IMG/VR virus record: IMGVR_UViG_3300024255_002562
Span: 1-58,297 of that record
DNA: 58,297 nt
Strand: one strand, 5' to 3'
DNA from: a virus
Taxonomy: Duplodnaviria > Caudoviricetes
Within the stretch, counting starts at the first letter, position 1. The number at the start of each line of letters is the position of its first letter. The notes below the pieces were generated by a model. The model saw nothing but the letters and a program-made list of their open reading frames with translations, was not told the DNA's origin and searched no databases. Positions 20,644 to 30,394 of the stretch are shown here, piece by piece. The position numbers and the translations under genes are program-made.

Positions 20644-21096
20644 TTACAGCTCTCCGAATAGATTTTTTTTCTTACTCAATGGTTTTCTTGGTTTTTCCAT
20701 TATCTTCTCTTCCTTGGTTATTTCTTTTTCTTTATAGTTTTTCTCATACTCTTCTATTAACGGAACAAGTTTCTCATTCTGTAGCTTTAAGATAAAATTA
20801 GCCCTGTTGTCACGCAGGGCTTTAATTATTGAGGAATCTCTATATTTTTTTAAAAGACGGTTCGCGGCTATAACCTGACCCTTGAACTGACCTGTATACT
20901 TTTTATCGTTCCAAAAGTTCTCCGGCAATTTACCAGAGTTAAAAGCTATACTTCTTTTTTCAAAAATGATTTCTGAAATATAAGCACCTTTTGTTATATA
21001 TCCCTCTTTGTAAATAGACTTATAAGGTCTACTGTCGCTCCTAGAGCTTGTGGATCGAGGCTGCTGGTCCGTTTGGTTCGACTTTTTGTTTGGCAT
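20644..21096 (-). CDS. hypothetical protein
   Basis: 150 aa ORF abutting recA. Confidence 0.6.
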   Translation of the reverse strand: MPNKKSNQTDQQPRSTSSRSDSRPYKSIYKEGYITKGAYISEIIFEKRSIAFNSGKLPENFWNDKKYTGQFKGQVIAANRLLKKYRDSSIIKALRDNRANFILKLQNEKLVPLIEEYEKNYKEKEITKEEKIMEKPRKPLSKKKNLFGEL

Positions 21097-21346
21097 AAGA
21101 CTGTCCTTTTTCAGACGCTTCTTTAGTCATAATAACAACTCCGTACTCTTCGTTCTTTGTCATCATATCATTTGCTTTTTTTGGTGTATTAGCTTCCGCA
21201 TGATAGGTTTCAAACAACGCTTTAATATCATCGACTGGTCTTCCAAGGTCAGAAGCTATAGACTCAAGACCCTTTTCGATATTACCTCTGATATAAAAGT
21301 TTTCGATCTCAGTTATCTTCTTTAGTTTTTTTACGTTAGACATCAA
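21041..21346 (-). CDS. hypothetical protein (possible HTH)
   Basis: LESIASDLGRPVDDI; operon packing. Confidence 0.55.
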   Translation of the reverse strand: MMSNVKKLKKITEIENFYIRGNIEKGLESIASDLGRPVDDIKALFETYHAEANTPKKANDMMTKNEEYGVVIMTKEASEKGQSYAKQKVEPNGPAASIHKL

Positions 21347-21587
21347 TTGTACTCCTAGATTTTTCGAGATTGTGATTTTTTCTTGCTTTTAAATACTCTA
21401 AATAGTATTCGTAAGATTGTGATGATACGGCTCTTAATTTGTAAGTCGTATCGTTTTTCTTATATTCATCTAAGTCAATAGGATAAACCCCATCACATAG
21501 AACGTAGTAGTTGTTACCAATATTTTTAGCGAAAACAACATCTTCTTCATCGCACAGGTTTCCGCATTTATTAAATCTTCCCTTCAT
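21336..21587 (-). CDS. hypothetical protein
   Basis: Start shortened to ATG 21587 (MKGRFNK) to avoid a long overlap with the FmdB gene. Confidence 0.55.
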   Translation of the reverse strand: MKGRFNKCGNLCDEEDVVFAKNIGNNYYVLCDGVYPIDLDEYKKNDTTYKLRAVSSQSYEYYLEYLKARKNHNLEKSRSTIDV

Positions 21588-21912
21588 TGATATACCTTTC
21601 TCTTTTACTGTCATCTGCCTTGCCGATTTTTCTGTAAAGCTCTTTTTTAGCCTGATCCATAGGCGCTTTTTTGTTTTCCCTATCCTTAAGGTCTCTCTCC
21701 TGAACTTCATTTCGACCTAACCTTTTAGAATTACGTTCAGCCTGTTGTCCAACAGTAGTCACTTCAGGTCTAACAAAAGCAGACGGTGGAGCTAAAAAAT
21801 ATCTTTCTAGTTTGTTTTTTCCGCAAGAAGGGCATTTTTTTTTCAATTGATTCATTCTATGATTTATTTCATGGACGGTTTCACATGAAGAACACTTGTA
21901 ATCATACAGCAT
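21571..21912 (-). CDS. FmdB-family zinc ribbon protein
   Basis: YDYKCSSC...CPSCGK. Confidence 0.85.
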   Translation of the reverse strand: MLYDYKCSSCETVHEINHRMNQLKKKCPSCGKNKLERYFLAPPSAFVRPEVTTVGQQAERNSKRLGRNEVQERDLKDRENKKAPMDQAKKELYRKIGKADDSKRERYINEGKI

Positions 21913-22384
21913 AAAGGATTAGCTCCTTATTGCTTAGTACATATTTTTCTACATTGTTGATATCTTTTTCTAAATCGTGAAGCATATTTGTATGGTCTTT
22001 ATTAATTAAATCTTTTATTTTTTTCGCTTCTTCTGTAGTAATTCCGGGTGGCGATTTTAATAAACTAAGAACGGTCACTACCATACTATTTCGAACATCG
22101 CCATTATGTCCTTTTTTATTAGTATAAAAACCATTCCAAGAACTGTATGAATACAAATTTATTGATTCACAAAACCTTTCATTAATCTCACGTTTTATAA
22201 TTTTTCCATTAAAATACATGGGCTTGCATTTGCTTTTATCTATAATAGTTGTAGCTAGATTATGCATAAAATTTTTAGACATTTTTTCTTCTAGCGTTGG
22301 CTGCTTTCCTATTTTAAAATAAAAATAAGGAGCTAAGAATACAGAACTTAAAATTTTTATAACGCTTCTTCTATTAATTGTCAT
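21902..22384 (-). CDS. hypothetical protein with Tat-like N-terminus
   Basis: NRRSVIK followed by a hydrophobic stretch. Confidence 0.5.
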   Translation of the reverse strand: MTINRRSVIKILSSVFLAPYFYFKIGKQPTLEEKMSKNFMHNLATTIIDKSKCKPMYFNGKIIKREINERFCESINLYSYSSWNGFYTNKKGHNGDVRNSMVVTVLSLLKSPPGITTEEAKKIKDLINKDHTNMLHDLEKDINNVEKYVLSNKELILYAV

Positions 22385-23036
22385 TTTCTACTGCCTCTAA
22401 AAAAGATGCCAATATTCCATTTCTTTGAATATCGCTTTTTCCAAGTTCAGAAATACCTATTCCGGGTACTCCGTCAACTTCGTGAATAACTTGCATAAGA
22501 CCACTATTTCTTATGTCATACTGTTTTACATCACCATTAATTAATACTTTAGAATTTTGACCCATTCTTGTTACAAGCATAACGATCTGTTCTTTTGTAC
22601 AGTTTTGGGCTTCATCAAGTAATATGATTGAATCATTATATGTTTCTCCACGCATAAGCTCAAGGGCTTCACAATGGATTTGTTTTAAATTTGTGTACTG
22701 TCCGAAAAATGGTCCCAAAAAATGAATGAGATTCTTTTTTATCGGCTTTAGATAAGGATCAATTTTGTCGCCCAGTTCTCCCGGCAATGCCCCTATTTTT
22801 TCTCCAGCAGAAACCAATGGTCTAGCTATAACTATGTTCATCGTATCACCTCTATGAAGCATACTAGATGCAATACCAGCAGCAATAAACGACTTTCCTG
22901 ATCCAGCAGGACCAGTGCAAAAAATTATATCATTTTCAATAATGTTTCTGATATAATCTTTTTGATTTTCAGTTTTTCCAGTTAATGTTTTTACTGACGG
23001 TTCTTCTCTTCTCTGACTTTTTCTTCTTTTAGTCAT
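22374..23036 (-). CDS. phoH: PhoH-family protein
   Basis: GPAGSGKS, GALPG, MRGET, LDEAQN, TRMG, GDVKQYD, DIQRN. Confidence 0.95.
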   Translation of the reverse strand: MTKRRKSQRREEPSVKTLTGKTENQKDYIRNIIENDIIFCTGPAGSGKSFIAAGIASSMLHRGDTMNIVIARPLVSAGEKIGALPGELGDKIDPYLKPIKKNLIHFLGPFFGQYTNLKQIHCEALELMRGETYNDSIILLDEAQNCTKEQIVMLVTRMGQNSKVLINGDVKQYDIRNSGLMQVIHEVDGVPGIGISELGKSDIQRNGILASFLEAVENDN

Positions 23037-23455
23037 AATCCAGAACTCCCAAACCCTTTTTCACCCCTGTCGCCTTCTGGTAATTTCTTAACTTCCACTA
23101 CCTCAACTTCAGGAATTGGTAATATTACTAACTGAGCTACTCTATCGCCCTTTTTGCCCGAAAATACCTCAAAGCCAGTATTGTGCATTATAACGCCGAC
23201 TTCTCCTGTATATCCATAGTCAATTACTCCACCCAATATATTTATGCCATGTTTTTTAGACAATCCGCTTCTAGATTTTATAATTCCAACATAATTTTCA
23301 GGAATTGCAATGGCTATATCAGTATGAATTAATTTTCTTTCATCGACACCTAAAGAAAAAGGTTCAGAGGAATACAAATCTAACCCTGCATCTGTTGAAT
23401 TTTCCTTCGTCGGAAGAGTCCCTTTTTTGCTAAGTAACTGCACTTGTATTTTCAT
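23033..23455 (-). CDS. dut: dUTPase
   Basis: AGLDL, SRSGL, GVIDYGYTGE, GDRVAQL, RGEKGFGSSG. Confidence 0.97.
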   Translation of the reverse strand: MKIQVQLLSKKGTLPTKENSTDAGLDLYSSEPFSLGVDERKLIHTDIAIAIPENYVGIIKSRSGLSKKHGINILGGVIDYGYTGEVGVIMHNTGFEVFSGKKGDRVAQLVILPIPEVEVVEVKKLPEGDRGEKGFGSSGL

Positions 23456-23456
23456 T

Positions 23457-25724
23457 TTATATCCTAGTTATTTCACATTGACCACCAGAACAACTCATTG
23501 CCCCGAACTCGCTTACGTTCTTGTATGTTGGTTTCTCTAAAATTTCACCAAGGTCAACTTCTTTTATTTGTCTCAAAACCGTACCCCATTTATGACATAG
23601 ATGAACATCTTTTAAACAATATATCAAATCATTCATGTCTCCTTTAAAGTAGTTTTTAGAAAACATTTTAGCTCTTTTGAGCCAATATTTCTTCAATAAA
23701 ACTTGCTCTTTAGTTCCATCTAACTTTATGTCTTTCTTAGACAAGGCATCACATGCAGACCATAAATTATTGTCAAAGTAATGCAGAGCATCAACGATCA
23801 ACCCTGACACAAATAATGATCCATCACCATATCTATCATATATTTCATCAACGGTAAGAACAGAAGTGAATGGAGCCTGATTAAAGTCTTTATCGCCAAA
23901 ATCGGAAAGAAAACTAACGGCTGTAAAATCCTGCCTATTGTCCCATATATAATCTATTATATCCTTCATATTGTCTATAATAACAGTACAGCTACAATTA
24001 TGAGTTGTTTTTTCACAAATACCTAGCTCTGGTCGTGTCCCCGGAACAACCCAATTTTGCTGAACCATTTTTATTATCTCTAAATGTTTCACGCCCTTCA
24101 TATCTTTTTTGAATAGTCCGTTTTTATCATTAACTATCGGAACAAAGACAACATAATCTGAATTGGTTGAACTCCACACGCTTTCCTCTAATAGATAAGG
24201 CATGTTTTCTTTTAACCATACAGCAACATCGGATTCCTTGTTTAATTGCATTACACGAAAGAATCTCTCAGAATGATCCGGATGTATTCCAGAAGCTGTA
24301 CACAGAACAACGCTGGCGTTTCCTGATGGTTTTACACAAGTGGTTCTAGCTGCTACATTTATACCAATGATACCTGCTATTTTTTTATTTGTCTCTTTGA
24401 CTAACTCAGCACCCTCTCTTAACCATTTTTCATTAAACAGCTTTGGGTTATTCATCCATCCAGTAATGCTGACGCCTAATAGAGCCTCACGCTCCACAAG
24501 CGACTCTGTACGCGATCCTAAGTACGGAAATGAAGTGTACCCTGCCTGTAGAGTGCCAACGACAGCGGCATCCTCACAAGCCCTTAAAAACGCTTCTTTT
24601 GTTTTGCATTTTTCGGCATTAATCTCATTTAGATTACAGCATTGCACGCCAAATAGGTCAATGTTTTTCTTAGACCATTCTTCTATTTCATCATACTTTA
24701 TTTTAGAAACATCTTCGTAAGTGTCTACTGGTGTAAAATTTATTTCAAAACAAGGATTTAGTACATCAAAATAAGTGTTCCCAAAAACAAAGCCAATATC
24801 ACTATCTCCTTCGTTTATTTCAACTATTTTCTGAAAGTAGTCTCTATCATTTTCGCTTCTTTGTATTAATACAGAGTTGTTTGACCTGCCTCTTTGTGGA
24901 TTTTCCTCTCGCCAATTTCCAACTTTAGCATTAATCATCTCTTCATCGTTTGAATCGACTATCATAGATAACGCCGAACGTCTTACTCCACCACTTAAAA
25001 CCGCATCTGATGAATGACAAATAATATCATACGCTAAAATAGGTTCTATCGTATTTCCTCTTGTAGCTATCCAGTTTTTTATCAGCTTTTCAATTCTTTC
25101 AAGAGACTGCTTCAAACCATCTGGACCCGGAGCTTTGAAGCCGCCAGATATTTTTGCGTTTTTAGGTCTAATTAAAGAATAGTCAAACTTAATTTCATAA
25201 CCACTGTATTCTGGAAATGGATGATCTGAACAGAAGTAGGAGGAGAGAAGAACGCCTAATGCATCAGACCAACCCTCTATAGTATCCTGTACGACAAAAG
25301 TTTTTGTACCATTACTCCTACCCTTTATTTTGGGCAAAAGATTAACGAAAGGCTTTAATAAAGAAATACCTACTCCGCATCCAGATAGACCTAGATATAG
25401 TATTTTTTGAAAGAATTCTGGCTTAGTTAAGTGCAAGACGGTGCAATTAAACATCCTAGAATTATGCTGCATAACCTGCTCATGCCTGAACTGAAGATTA
25501 CGCTGAGAGGCTAGAACCGTTTGCGTTTTTAAAGAAGTTGACGCTGCCTCAAGATATTGATCTAATTTTTTGTTATTGTATTTTTTTCGATGACCATCGA
25601 TAATACTGTCACAAGCTTCTTCCCAGTTTTCATAACGTCCTTTTTCTTCATTCCACTTAAAATAGTCGGAGTATAATTTTAGATTTGATAGAAATTTTTT
25701 ACCTATAAGTTCCGCTTTATTCAT
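23457..25724 (-). CDS. nrdJ: class II (B12-dependent) ribonucleotide reductase
   Basis: FNC, GGVRRSA, NPCFEI, CNLNEIN, TTCVKPSG, C-terminal CSGGQC; no small subunit nearby. Confidence 0.88.
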   Translation of the reverse strand: MNKAELIGKKFLSNLKLYSDYFKWNEEKGRYENWEEACDSIIDGHRKKYNNKKLDQYLEAASTSLKTQTVLASQRNLQFRHEQVMQHNSRMFNCTVLHLTKPEFFQKILYLGLSGCGVGISLLKPFVNLLPKIKGRSNGTKTFVVQDTIEGWSDALGVLLSSYFCSDHPFPEYSGYEIKFDYSLIRPKNAKISGGFKAPGPDGLKQSLERIEKLIKNWIATRGNTIEPILAYDIICHSSDAVLSGGVRRSALSMIVDSNDEEMINAKVGNWREENPQRGRSNNSVLIQRSENDRDYFQKIVEINEGDSDIGFVFGNTYFDVLNPCFEINFTPVDTYEDVSKIKYDEIEEWSKKNIDLFGVQCCNLNEINAEKCKTKEAFLRACEDAAVVGTLQAGYTSFPYLGSRTESLVEREALLGVSITGWMNNPKLFNEKWLREGAELVKETNKKIAGIIGINVAARTTCVKPSGNASVVLCTASGIHPDHSERFFRVMQLNKESDVAVWLKENMPYLLEESVWSSTNSDYVVFVPIVNDKNGLFKKDMKGVKHLEIIKMVQQNWVVPGTRPELGICEKTTHNCSCTVIIDNMKDIIDYIWDNRQDFTAVSFLSDFGDKDFNQAPFTSVLTVDEIYDRYGDGSLFVSGLIVDALHYFDNNLWSACDALSKKDIKLDGTKEQVLLKKYWLKRAKMFSKNYFKGDMNDLIYCLKDVHLCHKWGTVLRQIKEVDLGEILEKPTYKNVSEFGAMSCSGGQCEITRI

Positions 25725-25760
25725 ATGTACCTTTGCCTTTAATGTTTATAGTGACAAAGG

Positions 25761-25772
25761 TATTATACACCA
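25761..25772 (-). promoter_or_regulatory. recurrent TGGTGTATAATA promoter-like motif upstream of RNR
   Basis: Same motif occurs at 30381-30394 and 54324-54337. Confidence 0.55.
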
Positions 25773-26086
25773 ATCTCGCTGTACATCAAGGTAAAATCTG
25801 GAAACTTTTCAATCAAAAACACAACTTTGTCTTTGTAAAAGGAAACGCCGATCAGCTTTCGCGTGATATTAGGTTTCATTATTACCTTACGTCCTACTTT
25901 AACTTCATGAGTATAATTAACAAGAGGCAGACCTGCTTTATCATCAAAAATTAACGATAAGTCAGATTCGCCTGCCCTTATAATCATGATAGAGGGATTC
26001 GTTATTTTTATATTGATATTGTCGTATGTATATCCATTGTTTGTAAAAATCTGTCTTATCAGATCAAACTGTTTACTCAAGTCCAT
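25763..26086 (-). CDS. hypothetical protein
   Basis: 107 aa ORF in operon. Confidence 0.55.
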   Translation of the reverse strand: MDLSKQFDLIRQIFTNNGYTYDNINIKITNPSIMIIRAGESDLSLIFDDKAGLPLVNYTHEVKVGRKVIMKPNITRKLIGVSFYKDKVVFLIEKFPDFTLMYSEIGV

Positions 26087-27203
26087 TAGATATCTCCAAT
26101 ATGTTTTTTAATAAAAATTCCGCACTTTGGTATCCTTGGTGAGTCGCAAGTATTTTTTCGTTTTCAATATCGCAAATCATAAAACTAGGAAGTGATAAAA
26201 TATTATACTTTTTAAGTATGTCGTTGTTAGTATCAGCATCTATTTCAGTTATCTTTACGCCACTATCTGTTAGTGTTTTTCTCTCTATATTGTTCCAACT
26301 AATGCATGGAGTACACCAATCCGCCGTAAACTTAATAATGTAGTATTTTTTATATATCTCGTTTAACGAACGGGTGTTGTTTTGAAAAAAAAAGTTATTG
26401 CCAATTTGAGTTGTTTGTAAATTTGGAATATCATGATATACAGAAACAATACGACCTATGCCATCGAAGTTGATGGACTTTAGTAGGTCCGGATATAGAT
26501 AGACATAAGCTGCGGTAATCCCTCTTGCACTAAAATCAAACTTAGTAGCGTCAACTTCAATAATCTCAATCCTACTATCCAGTCCAGCACGACGAATATT
26601 TGAGCGAGCTTCGTTCGCTTTAATTGGGTCAATTTCAATCCCAATAGCTGACTTAACGCCGTAACGCTTAACGGCTTCAATAAGGACATTTCCATCCCCA
26701 CATCCAATATCTGCAAATATATCGTTTTGACCTAACTTTAATTGAGCTAAGGCTTTGTCTCTTTCTTCTACTGGGGAAGAAGCTTGCGGATTAGGGCTTT
26801 GATTTTCGAGAATTTTTTTTTGATATTGAACGTAACACATTCCACAACTGGGGTTTGAGCAAATTGGTTTTTTACCCCATCCAGTTCCGGCGATTGGAAC
26901 TAAAACAGTTTTTACTGGAGCAGAACCAGTTCCTGCGGAGCAGTTACAATTATCGCCACACTGACAACGAGTTAAGTTTCCATCCCCACCATTATCAACG
27001 TACTTTGATCCATTACACTTACATTCAGAAACAACCTCTTTTTCTTTTTCCTGCTTTATATCAGAATTAACGATATGAGCAACATAACCTTCAGCCGCTA
27101 AAATGTCAGTTGACCTAACATTTTTCTCAGCTTCGACTTTCGGTAACTGTATAAATAACAGTAGAAATATAGCGACAAACATTAAAGAATAATAATCTTT
27201 CAT
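26073..27203 (-). CDS. secreted Cys-rich / SAM-methyltransferase / thioredoxin fusion
   Basis: Signal peptide; Cys-rich segment; FADIGCGDG..GIEID; C-terminal FTADWCTPC...LSLPSF. Confidence 0.75.
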   Translation of the reverse strand: MKDYYSLMFVAIFLLLFIQLPKVEAEKNVRSTDILAAEGYVAHIVNSDIKQEKEKEVVSECKCNGSKYVDNGGDGNLTRCQCGDNCNCSAGTGSAPVKTVLVPIAGTGWGKKPICSNPSCGMCYVQYQKKILENQSPNPQASSPVEERDKALAQLKLGQNDIFADIGCGDGNVLIEAVKRYGVKSAIGIEIDPIKANEARSNIRRAGLDSRIEIIEVDATKFDFSARGITAAYVYLYPDLLKSINFDGIGRIVSVYHDIPNLQTTQIGNNFFFQNNTRSLNEIYKKYYIIKFTADWCTPCISWNNIERKTLTDSGVKITEIDADTNNDILKKYNILSLPSFMICDIENEKILATHQGYQSAEFLLKNILEISNGLE

Positions 27204-28108
27204 TAGTAAATCCTAGCGTTTATTTTCTGCGGTTTAAATCCTTCGTATCCACTAATAGCCCAGCAGTCTCCACTGCGTAATACACGTCTTTCTATTTCAC
27301 TAGCATCAACCCAAAAAGAACCTATAGGTTGGTTATGTCTTACCGGACCTGAATTCCAAGCTCCCCAAGAATTTTGCACTAAAACTCCGGGTCTTTTAAA
27401 TGAATCGTCTACTCCTAATATACACATCTGATGCGCCCAACTACCTTCAGGTTTAGCAAATCCGTCTTTATCTCTTCTTGATGAAAAACCTTGATTACTA
27501 GCTATTGTAACGGCGTATCCATTTGAAACAAGGTCTCTTACCTCGTTGTATGATTTTACTTGTGAGGCGGTTATTATGGGGTGCTGTTTTGCAATATCTA
27601 CAAATGACTGAGGAAGCATAAACCCTCTTCGCCCCCAACTTCTAGCTTTCGCACCAGAATAAGTAGTTAAATCAATGTCGCCGTATTTACCTCTAGGCAA
27701 AGCTCCATAGTCAGTAAGATACTTAGCCATCCAAGCACCAATAGAACCATCAGAGTTGCCAAGCCTTCCTTGACCTATAATATTTCTACTACCCCAATAT
27801 AAATCTTCAGTAGAAGTCTCAGCGACCCATAACTCAAAGTCTTTATTAACATAGATATCAACAGCTTTTGAAGCATCTACAGCGTAAGCACCACCTTGAC
27901 TTACACAATCTCCAACTGTTTGATGTCTATTAGGAAATAAACCACTATTAACCTTTCGGATAATGTCGTACAATAATGTAACTTTTCCTTTACCTGTATC
28001 TTTAATAGGAGTCCATACATCAGAAAAAACAGGAAACGGAAGTTGATTCATTACATCTTCCACGCCCTGTTTGTCATCAACCCACCCTTGTAGTTGTGAG
28101 TAATTCAT
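27203..28108 (-). CDS. papain-like (C1) cysteine protease
   Basis: QTVGDCVS (Gln, Cys), WAHQMCILG (His), VQNSWG (Asn), GSFWV. Confidence 0.85.
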   Translation of the reverse strand: MNYSQLQGWVDDKQGVEDVMNQLPFPVFSDVWTPIKDTGKGKVTLLYDIIRKVNSGLFPNRHQTVGDCVSQGGAYAVDASKAVDIYVNKDFELWVAETSTEDLYWGSRNIIGQGRLGNSDGSIGAWMAKYLTDYGALPRGKYGDIDLTTYSGAKARSWGRRGFMLPQSFVDIAKQHPIITASQVKSYNEVRDLVSNGYAVTIASNQGFSSRRDKDGFAKPEGSWAHQMCILGVDDSFKRPGVLVQNSWGAWNSGPVRHNQPIGSFWVDASEIERRVLRSGDCWAISGYEGFKPQKINARIY

Positions 28109-28111
28109 ATT

Positions 28112-28537
28112 TTATTCCTTTACTTTAATAGCATTAGATAATCCATTAAAGATATTTGAAAGCCACAGTCTGTCTTCTTCTGAATCTAGCTGCCTCGGAT
28201 TATCAAACCCTTGCTCTATTAGATATTTTTCAACAGCACTTGAAAATTCAGGATATCTATCAACATCCCAACCAAAATCGGAACGAACACGACCAACTAT
28301 AGAGCTAAACTCTGAGGTACTGTGAACATTTCTTGCCTTCATTACGAATAATTCAGCACCAACAATTTGCTTATATATGCTATCCTGATCAGCTTCATCC
28401 ATCTTATTAAACTCAGTCCTCACTTCACGCAAAGAATCTGTTAGAACAAAATTGTCTTCTACAACAATTGTTGGTTTATCAACGGGTCTATCACAGCCGA
28501 CAAATAAAATTAAAGTAACAATCATTATTTTATTCAC
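28112..28537 (-). CDS. putative lipoprotein
   Basis: MNKIMIVTLILFVG-C lipobox. Confidence 0.7.
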   Translation of the reverse strand: MNKIMIVTLILFVGCDRPVDKPTIVVEDNFVLTDSLREVRTEFNKMDEADQDSIYKQIVGAELFVMKARNVHSTSEFSSIVGRVRSDFGWDVDRYPEFSSAVEKYLIEQGFDNPRQLDSEEDRLWLSNIFNGLSNAIKVKE

Positions 28538-28889
28538 TTGTAGTCTCCGTATATTCTAAATCCTTACTAAATAAAATCGCATTCAATTCTTTTATGGTAT
28601 CTAGACCTTTATTTGAGTTGAGCGAGTTCATTCTCTTTTTAAGATATATAAGTGCTTCAAAGTCTTTTTGTTCTAGAGTTGATGGAGTTAGTTTTTCTTT
28701 TTTTCTTGTAACTGGAATTTTAATTACTTTTAAAAGTTCATACAAGAGAGTACCAATACCAGCAATACCGGATACTGACACCTTAGTCCAAAACAACCAA
28801 TTGGCTGCAAAGTCTGGAGTAAAATACCAATACCCGTATAAACCGGCTGACACCAACAATAAGAAAAATCCTATTATTTTATTAAGCAT
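28530..28889 (-). CDS. membrane protein (2 TM)
   Basis: Two hydrophobic N-terminal helices. Confidence 0.65.
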   Translation of the reverse strand: MLNKIIGFFLLLVSAGLYGYWYFTPDFAANWLFWTKVSVSGIAGIGTLLYELLKVIKIPVTRKKEKLTPSTLEQKDFEALIYLKKRMNSLNSNKGLDTIKELNAILFSKDLEYTETTSE

Positions 28890-29097
28890 CTGTGTTATCC
28901 TTCGCCCACTTAATAATTGCGTTTATTGAAGGGACAGCGACAGCAACAATTAATGGACCATACACGCCCATATCTAAATTACTTATATGTGATGTAAAAT
29001 ATGTAAGACCTGCAACAATAGCTACCAACCCTGTGTTTTTAGCAATGTCAACATAATCATTTTTATTCAATTCTTTTGCTTTTGATTTATCCATCAT
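28882..29097 (-). CDS. holin-like small membrane protein
   Basis: 71 aa, two TM segments, charged termini, tandem Met start. Confidence 0.5.
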   Translation of the reverse strand: MMDKSKAKELNKNDYVDIAKNTGLVAIVAGLTYFTSHISNLDMGVYGPLIVAVAVPSINAIIKWAKDNTDA

Positions 29098-29623
29098 TTT
29101 CTCCAGTGTTTAATTTATCTATTTTTAAGTGATACTCTAAAATTCTTTGAATTTCTCCTACCATGACTCTAGATTCATTAATAATTCCTTCATTTCTTAA
29201 AAATCTTTTTTCAATAAATTCGTTTTCATATCTAAAATCATCTTTTGTCATTATATTATTTCCGCTCTCTACGAACTTCAAGTGATCCGCAATAGACCTA
29301 TCTCCTTGATCAGATAACACTCTCATGTATTCCGATCTTTCTTTAGCTATGACTGCGTTATTATTCATTATAACGCCAATCAAAGAAGCCCCCATACCAA
29401 CAAGAATTACTACAAAACCACATACACTCAATAAGAGACTGTAGTTAGGTTTATTTCTTTCTTGACTATTAGAGACAATAGTATCTATTTTATTTATAAG
29501 TTTATCCAACGATCCGTCAATGGAAGAAAAACGCTGATCCGTGCTTTTTACGAATGACAAAAATTCATCTTTATGAACGGCATTCTCAATACCTATTGTT
29601 TTTTTAGCAACAGCAGTCGTCAT
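29087..29623 (-). CDS. coiled-coil single-TM membrane protein
   Basis: Coiled coil, then LLLSVCGFVVILVGMGASLIGVI, then coiled coil. Confidence 0.6.
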   Translation of the reverse strand: MTTAVAKKTIGIENAVHKDEFLSFVKSTDQRFSSIDGSLDKLINKIDTIVSNSQERNKPNYSLLLSVCGFVVILVGMGASLIGVIMNNNAVIAKERSEYMRVLSDQGDRSIADHLKFVESGNNIMTKDDFRYENEFIEKRFLRNEGIINESRVMVGEIQRILEYHLKIDKLNTGENDG

Positions 29624-29642
29624 ATCGATACCCCTTTATGTG

Positions 29643-29673
29643 AAAAAGCACCCCTCATTAATAAACAAGGGGT
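29643..29673 (-). terminator. probable intrinsic terminator
   Basis: Minus strand ACCCCTTG...TGAGGGGT-GCTTTTT after 29688..30314. Confidence 0.55.
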
Positions 29674-29687
29674 TTAACTCGCCAGAA

Positions 29688-30314
29688 TTATCCAGTGATT
29701 GCTTTATATTCATCTTGAAGAGGGTCAATAGCACCGTACATGTAAATCAATTCACCCGGAACTGTTCTATATGTAACGAAGATAGCTTGATCGTCAGCAG
29801 CAGTAGTGTTGTCAGTTGGAAGGTAGTAAGTTCCAGTAGCTGAAACTGGTGCTGTACTCCAGTTTGTTCTTTGACCGGAAATACCAAGAGGATTCCAATA
29901 TCCAGCAACCATAGCAGATACTGTTTTAGCACCTTTTTGTTGTAGTGTAATCGCTCTACGCTTAATGCTTCCTTCATTACCATTATTAAAGATAGAAAGA
30001 TTAGTGATGTTATTAATTTTATTAGCAATACCACGAATCATAAACTGTGATTGCTTGTAATTAAATGTTCCAGCACCATTAATGATCTGAGCGTTATAAG
30101 CGTGTCCATCACCAGTAGCAGAAACTACAAAACCAGCATCAGCATTAATTTCTATAGAGTTTTGTGTAATTGGAAAAGTCTGAGTCAAGGGACTACCATT
30201 AGTAACAGTTGTCGCACTTGTGATACCAACAACAACTCCACCATTTACTTTTTCTGTAGGTGAGCTATCATTGCCAGTTGTACCGTAAATCTTTGTGTTT
30301 GGAAGTAAAGCCAT
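29688..30314 (-). CDS. putative virion structural protein
   Basis: Gly/Thr/Asn/Ala-rich 208 aa ORF with its own promoter motif and terminator; function inferred. Confidence 0.45.
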   Translation of the reverse strand: MALLPNTKIYGTTGNDSSPTEKVNGGVVVGITSATTVTNGSPLTQTFPITQNSIEINADAGFVVSATGDGHAYNAQIINGAGTFNYKQSQFMIRGIANKINNITNLSIFNNGNEGSIKRRAITLQQKGAKTVSAMVAGYWNPLGISGQRTNWSTAPVSATGTYYLPTDNTTAADDQAIFVTYRTVPGELIYMYGAIDPLQDEYKAITG

Positions 30315-30380
30315 TTTATAATCTCCGAATAACTTTATTACTTTTCCATTATTATCCCGTATATTTTAGTCCATTCCTAC

Positions 30381-30394
30381 TATTATATACACCA
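30381..30394 (-). promoter_or_regulatory. TGGTGTATATAATA promoter-like motif
   Basis: Identical 14-mer to 54324-54337, about 65 nt upstream of the 30314 start. Confidence 0.6.
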
